Shown here in pieces: positions 35,467 to 45,520 of a stretch of DNA of 64,000 nt. The translations under genes were made by a program, and so were the position numbers. Position 1 is the stretch's first letter. Each line of letters begins with the position of its first letter. The notes under the pieces are model-generated. The model was not told the DNA's origin. It saw only the letters and a list, made by a program, of their open reading frames with translations, and made no database searches. This stretch comes from Chlorokybus atmophyticus (Eukaryota > Plantae > Mesostigma and Chlorokybus algae). The stretch is from the NCBI GenBank assembly GCA_009103225.1, contig RHPI01003488.1:594110-658109 (forward strand), written 5' to 3'.

Positions 35467-36780
35467 CTAGCTCAACTCATGTCTTTGCTGTGATAACATA
35501 CTGTCCATGAGTGTTCGCAATCGTCTTCTCAACCTGTCTGCCACTTGAGGATGAAACCAACTCCTTTGCATCTGCACACAACCACACAGCAATAACATGT
35601 AATTACTAAGCACGTGTCGGCCTACACGACAGTGCCATTGAAGCACCTTCCACTTGTAAACATTGCAGTGCACATGCATGAATTGTACCTGTTGAAATAT
35701 CCGTGCGTTTGGGTCAATTGGACCAGCTTGTACCCCGTCTATAAACTTGTCAAGATAAAGCATGACAAACAACCCGCACGCAACTCCATCCTTCTGCTGA
35801 GGGACCTGCACAAACATGTGTCAATGCTTGCAAACCAAATGCATGTGCATGCATCCAATCAGTGCTTGTGACAGAATGCATGCAAACTCAACACTAGTGC
35901 AATGCAACGTGTGCTACCTGTGGTACAAGAAGCTGTACATTTTCGGGAGAGAAGCGTCGTTGTGAGTCACTTCCATGCTTTCTGCCCCACATGCAGTCAA
36001 GGTAAGCGCGCATAGGTCCATCAACGTTGCGATGCAGGCCAAGGGAGTCGAGATGGACGAGTAAAGGCGGCGTGTCACTTCCAAGTTGGCCTTCACGATT
36101 GCACACAAGCAGCAGACTCCTATGAGTCCAGTGTACACAATCAAAATAATTCCAGTTTGCAAATACAGCAGCAATTTAGCAAGATAATCTTGGCGCTTAT
36201 TCTCACCGCGTGTCTGGGTTGACAATCACTCCCAGCAAGTCCTTGGCAAACGGATCACTCTCCCACCTGTCTATCCTGTGATTGCTCGTGTGCCAGTCAT
36301 TTTGTCTATGGCAGCGCACGATCTTGGTGTAGAAATGCGGGTGGAACAGCTTCACCTGAATGCCATCTGCTCTGCCTAAGATTTCCTCTTCCTTGTATCT
36401 GCATGTGCATCCCACGTACATATGAGATACACGAATAACACAGACGCAACAAATCACATACCTGCAAAAGAAGTGGAGGATGGTGTCATTGAGCTCTTGT
36501 CTGCCATCCAGCAACCTCCTGTCCGTTTCAAGCACTGGCACCGCATCACGTGCACTTGCACTAGGGTAAATGAATAGTGGCTGCGGTGTTGACGACTGCG
36601 GGTTGCTGACTGGATCGTCCAGCACCATGATATCATCATCGCTGCCCACGAGGTCCACAACTGCCGCAGCCGTCGTGGGTTGCTGATTACAGCCCTCTTC
36701 GTCTTCATCGTCAACTTCCATCGTGACTGCCTCTGCAGCCATAAATGGTTCAATTGGGCAAGAACCACAACGCAAATCAA
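35467..36780 (-). pseudogene. Ulp1/SENP (C48) SUMO protease domain preceded by tandem SIMs
   Basis: LFIYPS..AVPV..D...L..RQELNDTILHFFCRY, VKLFHPHFYTKI, HW..LLLVCN, LVHLDSLG, VPQQKDGVACGLFVMLY (catalytic Cys). VVDLVGSDDDIMVLDD lies upstream. Confidence 0.88.
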
Positions 36781-36899
36781 CAAGCTCAAGCACACAGCAG
36801 CTTACCATTGTTAGCCTCATCCCCACTCTCTTCAACGTGTTGAACCCCACTCTGCACAGGTTGTGAAACCCTACCGCAACTGCCCGGCAGAGAACGACG

Positions 36900-37310
36900 A
36901 GCAAGGCTCTCCCTTGAGAGCTGCGCTGGAGCACCACCTTCTTCGTACGCAGCGCATCGCGAGCACGTAACTTCAACCATGCTACCCACAGCGTGCCGTC
37001 GACAGAGGCTATTTGGACGTCGCGCAGACTTGAAAAGATGCTTCGTCGCAGTTCTTCACATGGCACCTGTGTTTTAGTTCAGTACAAATGATGATGGTTC
37101 TAGGAGTGAAGTTCCTCACAACGAGATGCCAAGCATTTGCTGCAATGAAGTCCACTTACTCATGCCTTGGGCACTCCCAATATTCATCCTCCACAGGTGG
37201 CATAGAGACACAGTGCGCGTGGTAGCTTTTCCAGCAACCTTCCACATCGCAGCCAGATATGGTGCCCCCATCCTTGCAGACAAAGCAATAGTCTTCATGT
37301 TCCCAATGTT
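36900..37310 (-). pseudogene. NSD-type PHD finger plus C5HCH module
   Basis: HEDYCFVCKDGGTISGCDVEGCWKSYHAHCV....WECPRHE|CHVKNCDEASFQVCAT(fs)PNSLCRRH, matching the Cys/His spacing of the NSD PHD5-C5HCH module. Confidence 0.82.
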
Positions 37311-37399
37311 CCAACGCATCCAGCTCCAGTCTCGGTCTCATCATGTGAACAAAGGTTCAGTGGCCAGGTCTACAGTCTCACAGTAGGGATATGAGGCAT

Positions 37400-39702
37400 C
37401 ACAATCGCAAACAGTACCTCTTGTACTCAAAATGCCAGTCGCGGCGTGTGGTCCATGACACCTCGCTCGAGGCGCTATTGGTTTCGCTTTGGGCACCCTG
37501 CACCAAGTTCACAAGATGGTTGTATGTGATGCCAAAACCCTGGATATATGAGGACATCCAGATTCTAATGGACAACGTTGTTAACTCTCCTCTTACCGAA
37601 GTGTCCCGGTGCATGCCTCGACGCATGAGACTGCGCCTGTCTTTAACAAGCGCTACTGTTACTTTGTTGTCATGGGGATCAATTCCCTCAAACCACTGGC
37701 CCTTGACCTGCCAGCAAGAAGGGATACTCATCAGCCATTTTCATACTACTATTTCAATTTACTATCATCACACCAAGCACACGCCAAAACGATTGCAACA
37801 CAGCCACTTACCAGGTTGCTATCAAGGTAGGTTTGTTCTGCAAAGCGGGGCTTGTCTTTGCTTAGGTTTGCAAATCCTCCACTGTGCTGGACTTGGTTGC
37901 TAATGTACCACCTAGCTCTGAGCAGCTGGTGCTCCCAACCAGCTATCACCACAACATCAAAAGATTGCACCCTGCCATACCAATGATTCTTCTTGGTTGG
38001 GTCATCTGAGTCACGCCCAATGGTAAACACGCCACAGTCCATGGTGCGGAGTTTCTTCTCCATTTCCTCTGCTCTGAACTGACCGATGTCCTTGTAGCGT
38101 GCTTTGAAGTATCGCTTGATGTACTTTGGAAAGATTGGACCGCTCAACAGCTCCATCTCGTGCTTTGTAAGCTCCCTAGCAGGTCCACGCCAATGATGCA
38201 GCTCAATCATATGCTCCATGTCCTTTGCCACGACATGTCTTGGGTTTTGAGCCCTTTCCCTTGCCATCCTGCGTTTGTTCACCTCCCGACTGAACTCTCT
38301 GTGTAGTTGCAACCCATAAATAAATCATACTGTCTGCGCGTTGGACATCACGTACAAAACAGCAACTCCCAAAGCAACTTACTCTCTTAGCAGCCTGTAT
38401 TCATCGTCATTTTCAGCCAACCACCACTCGAGCTCCTGCCTTGTCTTACTATCTTTATCCCCAACCTCAATACGGTGTCTCCGTCCGCAAAGCACATAGT
38501 CGTCATCATCTCGTTGCTTGCCCGATCGCAAACTGATGTCGGAGAAAAGTCGCTTTAAGGTGTCCATGTAAGTGTTTAGCATGAGCTGGATAGAGTATCT
38601 GCAGATGCAACTGGCACTTGAACAAGGCAAACAATGTGGAAAGTTTGCACGTAACTCTCAGTGGGCCCACACAAAACTTGCCTTTTGCAGATGCTTGCTT
38701 CCACATGCTGCCTCGCAAATATCATGCCCTTCACCCACTGCATAAAGCGTTCATGTGCCCACTCCCAGTGGTCACGCGTCGGACCAAGCCACATGCACTG
38801 CTCTGGTAGATGGCCAAGGAGGTGCAGCATCATTGTGAGAGAAGTGCGCGGGAAGAACAGCTCCACTTCAGACTGTGCCTCATGCACCAGCACTTGCACT
38901 AAGTAATAAGCTATGCATGCCATAGGAGCTGGGCATGCAGAGTAAAGTGTTATTGAAGCCAACCATCAATTCTTCGAGGTGAAACTGCTTTACTTCCAAT
39001 GCAATCAGCCGTTGATAGATGTCGCATAGTTTGAAGATGGTTCTCTTCTGATCTTCTCCAATGTCGTGTGCAGAGCGCAGCACGTACTGAAAAACGACTG
39101 ACCATAAGTTGTGCTTGTCGTGCGATTTCATCGAGCCTGCATGTTCCATGTCAAAAGTTCCATGCATGGAGAATCATTGCTTTAGTGTAAACACAAAACA
39201 TTTAACGGCTATCTGCAACGGCGTGCCTGTGTCAACATGTTCAGTAGCGTCGTTCCCAACTAGCAATTGTTTGGTGTCATGGAGAGCTTCACCTGGGGCA
39301 AGCCAGATCAATGATCAGACAGCCTGTTGTATAGATTCACAGCTGTAGAGAAGTTGCTCTTGTACCTGACGACATGTGTAAGGATGCAGCAGCAACAGCA
39401 GCATCAGCTTCTTCAAGTTCATGGGGTTGTAGTCAATTACGGTATTCAGGAGCAACAGCTTTTGGAGTGCCACACCACATGTTTTTGCCAAAGTTTTCAT
39501 GATATTCAACCCTTCTAATGTGGTTGTGTGTGAACACTTTGCTCCCTTTGCAGTCGCGGCAAAAACACCTGCGAAAGTAGCTCATGCTACAAACATCAAA
39601 AGCAGTCAGCCAACATACTGCAAGCAACTTCCAATCAACTTCCATACAGCCAAAGCAAAGACCTGCAGGCACGCTGACCCCGCCCGCCGTCGCCGTCGTC
39701 AT
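37400..39702 (-). pseudogene. CACTA TnpD-like transposase, with the N-terminal DD part apparently deleted
   Basis: N-terminal CFCRDC cluster, GSMKSHDKH, DUF4218-like FFPRTSLTMMLHLLGHLPEQCMWLGPTRDHWEWAHERFMQWVK, and DUF4216-like WYGRVQSF..LLRARWY and VKGQWFEGIDP. In-frame TGA near 39175. Confidence 0.85.
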
Positions 39703-39867
39703 GACTGCCTACCGTAAATTAGGGTTTAGGAACCATCCAATCCCGATTCAAAACAAGCCGGAAAGTCAATCCGGATATGCTCCACAATTTGCGTGCGTGC
39801 TCCTTTTCTTCTTCCGTCCAGTGCATTAGCTTTCTAAGGTTTGTATGCCAGGTAGCGTGGCGCCAGC

Positions 39868-41529
39868 ATGCGCGGCGTCAAAGTGTGTAGCTTCTGCAAA
39901 GCATACTTGGTTATGAATGGCAACAACAGACGTCTGCAACAGCATGAAGAGAAGTGCAAGCTGTACAGTGAGCAGTATCGCTTCTATGAAGCCAGCTGGC
40001 ACCACAAGGCCAGGGGAGACAATGTGAGGCAATGCAGACTGCTAGCAAAATGCATGAGGCCAGATTTTTTTGGGAGGAGTGCACTTGCCTGGATTGCTCG
40101 CTCTCCAAGTTCGAGTGGGACGGCGAGCCTATGGATCACCTGCCTTGGGCTCGGCCTAGAGCATATCGAGATGGGCAGGTGTGCAATGTGGTTCGACGTC
40201 AGCTCACACGCAATGGCCGCGGCAAGTCCACTACTGCCCAAGATGATCATGACCACAGAGTGAGTTCAACTGTCCTTGCAAGCAGCAAAACAGTGCTCGC
40301 ATACATGAACAACTCACTTCTGATAGATGGTAGGGAAACACAGTTGTCGACGCCGTCAACGACGTCGCGACACTGGCTGCTTGGCGAAAGGAGATCATTT
40401 ATGGGGGGCAGACTTTGGTGGCAAGTCATGTTGTGGTGTACTGGCTTGGAATGAGCACCTGGTATTCAGGCCGCATCATCAATTTTGATGCAAATACAGG
40501 TATACAGGTAATCATATACTTCAGAGTATGCAATGTACATATGTGTACTCATTTAAGCACTTGCCGTGGCATAGGAAAACATACCATCCATTACGACGAT
40601 TACAATGAGGATCCACGGCTGCACCACATCTTGATCAAAAAGTGGAACATCGCGGCGTTTCAAAGCAGAGCCTTGTTCCGGACATGCAGGTAGTGATGGT
40701 TCGCGTTGGGGGTCAATCCTGCCTGAAACTTCAGGACTTGCCTGGGAGAGAGCTCAATCCTTGGCCCAAGCCGCTGCCACTTCTTTTAACGCGAACTCCA
40801 TGCGACCTAAGCGGCAGACGTTACAGGCCTCGTGCACTGGACCTTTTTTGCGGCGCGGGTGGAGTAGCAATGGGCCTGTACAGAGCAGGTTTTGATGTTG
40901 AGGGCATAGACAACAAGCCTCAACCATCATACCCATTCAAGTTCAGTCAGCTGGATGCACTAGACGCCGACCTGTCCCCATACCATGCATTATGGGCGAG
41001 TCCTCCATGTCAAGCGCTCAGTGGTGCCATCCCTTCTTGTTAACGAGCCATTTTTGGAGATCGCTGGGATCACGTCAACCTAATTGCACTCATGAGAACA
41101 AGATTGCAGTTGAGCGGCAAGCCATGGGTCATAGAGAACGTAGCATGGGCATCTACGCACATGACTGCACACCTCAAGCTATGCGGCAGCATGTTCAACC
41201 TTAACGTTTATCGGCATCGCATTTTTTAGATGAACTCCCCGCTGCGCTCAGACTTGAGATGCAACCACGCTGACTCTGCCCTTGGAGAGCTGTCCACCCA
41301 CCCGGAACAGCGCAGGCAATTGCAACCTGGAGAGAGGCAGATCTACCCGGTGTATGGCCAGGCATCTTGTCGTGGCACGGTTGCACGATGGCAGTCAGCA
41401 ATGCAGGTTGAATGGATGGAAGAAGAACATGAAATAAGACATGCAATTCCACCTGCTTACTCTGAGCATGTAGGACGACTGCTGCTAGAGGCCATGGGCT
41501 TCATAGTGGACTATGCACCATTCTACTGA
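39868..41529 (+). pseudogene. Zn-finger / Tudor / phage-type C5 cytosine DNA methyltransferase gene
   Basis: CSFC..QHEEKC; spliced Tudor-like VVVYWLGMSTWYSGRIINFDANTG|KHTIHYDD. MTase motifs [47 protein letters not shown] and X WMEE..IRHAIPPAYSEHVG lie in one frame with TAA 41041-41043 and TAG 41227-41229. Confidence 0.9.
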
Positions 41530-41599
41530 GATGGTCAGAGTGTAGTCATGATGACTTACAGCACACTTGTTGGTATGACGAACAGACAAAGTGTTGTTT

Positions 41600-44500
41600 G
41601 TCAATGCCAAGATGCACAGGCACCGCAACAGTATATGTCAATAACAGCAATGCCAACAATGATGTGCCTGGTGCAAAGTGTATATTCAAACCTGCAAGGC
41701 GTGTAGTGCTTCACTGCTGCTGCTGCTGCTTCTGCTGCTTCTGCTTCTGCTCTTGCCGCTGCTTTCGCTGCTCCTTCTCCTTCTGACAGTGCTCTCATTT
41801 CTTCCACCGCTCCTCCTCCCGCTGCTCGAACAGCTGCTGCTTCAGCTCCTTCTGCTGCTCAGGTGTCGGCTGCTCGGCGATCAATTCCCGCTCGCGCTCA
41901 TGGTGAAATTTCATGGCCAGCTTCCTGCTCTGCCTTCGGCCTGCGGTGCGCTCCAGCCAATCCAGTTTCTGCATGTTATGACGAGATATTTTGCCTTGCG
42001 CAAAGGTATTGCAATCGAGCTTGCCTGCATCCTGGATATCACGCAGGGAATTTTCGAAGTGTTGGGCTTAAAGCACGAGGTGGGTGAACTGATCACCCCG
42101 CCAATCTCGGTTGCAAGGACCCTTTCGGACCCCAATGAACACCTCCTTTCGAAGTCCCTTGAGAAACAGCTCTACTTTAAGAGCCTCAGGCATCTTTGCA
42201 ACACTGCACAACGATTCAAACTCCTTGTGAAACTCTTGCACTGTGCGAGTGCCCTGCTGCAGCTGATGCAGTTTCTCAACAGCGCTGGCAGGCGTGGTGG
42301 CCATTTGTGGAGCGTGCAAAAATTTACAGCGATCGCCAAACAAGCACTTGCCACGCGCAAAGTAACTGCATGTCTGCTCTTTCTCGACAGCGTGTGATTT
42401 GCAGCGATTGCCGAACCAGCACTTGCCCCGTGCAAAGTGGCTGCATGTCTACTCTTGGCCGCTTGTTGGCGTCGACTTTTGTTTTTTGGTGGCGGGTGCT
42501 GGAGCAATGCTGTCGGAACTGTCGGAACTAATGGGAGGAACATCCCCAGCAGCCTCAGCCTCCTCATCAACCTGCAAAGCATCATGCTTAGTTCCACGTG
42601 GACTATGCGCAGACATGTGGACCATGTTCATCCGTACATCCGGAGTACTAGTACCTGCTTGCCCCTGGCAGTAGCATCCTGCCTGGCCTTGGCTTCAGCA
42701 GCCTCCTACCTAGCTTTATCATCAGCTGCCTTGGTCTCTGCCTCCTGCCTGGCCTTGGCTTCAGCAGCTTCCTGCTTGGCTTTTGCCTTGGCATCATCTT
42801 CCTGCTTGGCCCTGTGCTCGGCCTCCTGCTTTGCCTTGGCTGCAGGGTCCTCGGCATCAGCTTTCTGCTTGGCCTCCGCCTCGGCTTCCTGCTTGGCCTG
42901 GCCCTCAGCTTCCTGCACAGGGGTCTACTGCAAGACGAGGGCGTATGGAGAGGCGCAGAGTCTGCACTGGGCGCTGATGTCGGCAAACCATTGGGGTAAA
43001 GGAAATGGCTGATTTCTGATGGCATGTCACCAAACTCCCAGGAGAGCTTGCCACTGTGATCACCAATGGACAAGTAATGCGCCTCCTTCGAGCCCGGACT
43101 CGTATTGCCAATGATCACATGACCGACCGGGTCATCAACATCCTCGCCAAGCAGCATGACCGGTTTCACATACTTCCGTTCTTGTCTACCTTCTTTGTTG
43201 GTGGTTGTTTGAAAGTAGCTCCCATCTGCACCCTCGAAGAGTCCGCTCAATTTTTCCACGTTCAAGCAGTACCTGCCAGCTGCATCTGCAATAATCTGCG
43301 ATGTGCCGATGCGACGAGCGTTTGCGCCATCAAAGCCAAGTGCAGTTCATCTGCATAAACAGTCTCGTAAGCAATCATCTTGGATAGAGCAATAACGCCT
43401 TTGTCATCATCGTTCTTGATATGCTCCTCCAAATGCAATCTTGCAGCACACTGCTCGTAGTCCTTGCCCATGTCTGAAGCCAGGTAGTTGCGAAACTCCT
43501 TCAACCAAGCAAGGTTGACCTGCTTGGCACACAACTTGCGCAGCTTGACTGCTTGCACTGCGAGTGGCAGCTCTCGTCCTTTGTTCAGCACAATGCTGCG
43601 CCAGAAATCCTCTTTGTCAAGTGCTTTCTCGCGCTGCAGGCATCCAGCCTTCACGGTGGGGCGCGACTGGGCAATGCAGTAGTAAAAGCAATTCCCATCA
43701 CCATAGGCATCAAACACACGCAGGCCTTTCTCCTTCAACAACCCACCCAGCCTTCTCTCAGCACCCGTTTGTTCAGCAGGCAGACCAGACTCCCAAATGT
43801 GAGTGCGCGAGGTTGAAGGGCCAGCTTCAGGTTTGTCGACGAAGTCCCCCAGGTCTATGCCGCCAGCTGCTGCCTTCTTATCACATTGAGTGAGCTCCTT
43901 CACCAGGAATTTGTATAACTCCATCTTTGAATCATCATCGAGCGCGCAGTAGTCCATGCTGTTCTGCAGAGCTACTTTGATGTCGAGCACCATGTTGTCC
44001 CATGAGATTTCGTCGCGCTTCTTGGTCCGTCCGGCACTTTTCCACTGTCTTAATAACGCTTTGTAATAAGCTTTTGCTTTAGCCACAACGTTTTCGTTGG
44101 ACTGGGTTGCCTCAAGCTTCTCAGGCTGCTCTGGTGTTTTCATCTTCTTCTCTGTTGAGAATGGGCATACATGTTGAGCACCAGTATGAGCAAGCATGTG
44201 ATTCATGAGAAGTATGAGATTGGAGCTGAGAAGTTAAAACATCACAAAGTTACCTGCAGGCAGCTGGTCTCCAATACGAACCAGTTTGCGCTTGGCAGGC
44301 ATGATGAACAACCTGGTAAGCCACTAAGCAAAACAACGAGCACAAAGAGGAACACAGACAAGAGGCCTTAACGCACGAGGCCTTAAGCACGAGGCCGCCC
44401 CTGTGCACCAACCAGCACAAGTATTCATTCGTCGGACTGGGTTGCCTCAAGCTTTTCAAGCTGCTCTGGAGTTTTCAGCAAAACAACAAGCACAAAGAGG

Positions 44501-45040
44501 AACACAGACAAGAGGCCTTAACGCACGAGGCCGCTCCTGTGCACTAACCAGCACAAGCATTCATGCAACCACAAACAAGAGGCCTTAAGCACGAGGCCGC
44601 CCCTGTGCACCAACCAGCACAAGCATTCATGCAACCACAAACAAGAGGCCTTAACGCACGAGGCCACCCCGGTGCACCAACCAGCACAAGCATTCATGAA
44701 ACCACAAACAAGAGGCCTTAAGCACGAGGCTGCCCCTGTGCACAAACAAGCATTCTTGCAACCACAAACACGAGGCCTTAAGCACGAGGCTGCCCCTGTG
44801 CACAAACAAGCATTCTTGCAACCACAAACACGAGGCCTTAAGCACGAGGCCGCCCCTATGCACAAACAAGCATTCATGCAAATGGAGACAAGCACGGAGT
44901 TTTCTGCACCTTGTTGCACATTTGTCAGAACCCTGGAGCAAGCCGCCGCACTGCAAGACTGCTCCACGCCGCGAATTGCGCACCCAATAACAAAGATGCA
45001 AGTACTTAAGCAAGCACAGCGCCAGCCCACGACACCAACC
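41600..45040 (-). pseudogene. OTU deubiquitinase - charged repeat - 2x CCCH zinc finger - retro-gag-like domain protein; 5' end ill-defined
   Basis: GLRVFDAYGDGNCFYYCIAQS and EAHYLSI (OTU Cys and His), KAKQEA/KARQEA repeats, CSHFARGKCWFGNRCKSH and CSYFA.GKCLFGDRCKFLH, AVEKLHQLQQGTRTVQEFHKEFESLCSVAKMPEALKVELFLKGL. Frameshifts and a TAG are present. Confidence 0.78.
44340..44880 (+). repeat. 60-67 bp minisatellite, ~7 units
   Basis: Unit AAACAAGAGGCCTTAAGCACGAGGC(C/T)GCCCCTGTGCAC(CAACCAG)CACAAGCATTCATGCAACCAC. Confidence 0.93.
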
Positions 45041-45310
45041 CAACTCCGCCGCCCACGTCGCTCACAACCGTACGTAACTCCACAACCCTAAGCAAAGTCA
45101 TGGACTTAGGGTTTTGGAGTTACAGCAGCCATTTCATGCAGATTTTAGGCAAGGTCGGCGGCGGCGGCGCCGGCGCAGGCAAGGTCATCGTCGTCGGCGG
45201 CGGCGGCGATGCTGGAGTGCTAGCGGTTACACAGCAGATATGTGCATGCCGTGCTTCCTTGCGCATGCCATGCATGTGTGTGTGTGTGTGTGCATGCTGT
45301 GCGTGCTGTG

Positions 45311-45520
45311 TTTGCTGCAAGCCGCTGGGGCAGCCTTGTGCATAACCCCTCAGTGGCCTTGCCTGTGCTGCAGCAAAAAGGTGTTGGCTGCAAGCCGCTG
45401 GGGCAGCCTTGTGCATAACCCCTCAGTGGCCTTGCCTGTGCTGCAGCAAAAAGGTGTTTGCTGCAAGCCGCTGGGGCAGCCTTGTGCATAACCCCTCAGT
45501 GGCCTTGCGGCAAAAAGGTG
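45311..45520 (+). repeat. 73-bp tandem repeat x~2.8
   Basis: GCTGCAAGCCGCTGGGGCAGCCTTGTGCATAACCCCTCAGTGGCCTTG recurs at 45314, 45387 and 45460. Confidence 0.93.

Noticed and set aside
40640-41529. Bacterial or phage contamination as the source of the methyltransferase
   Set aside because: It is contiguous with an intron-split Tudor exon, flanked by spliced eukaryotic genes, and shares their decay pattern. Read-level confirmation is still advisable.
41041-42708. Non-standard genetic code (TAA/TAG = Gln, as in some ulvophytes)
   Set aside because: The host genes examined (SnRK2, ADAL, POLH exons) have no in-frame TAA/TAG and use CAA/CAG. The TEs also have TGA at Arg/Trp positions, which fits C-to-T decay.
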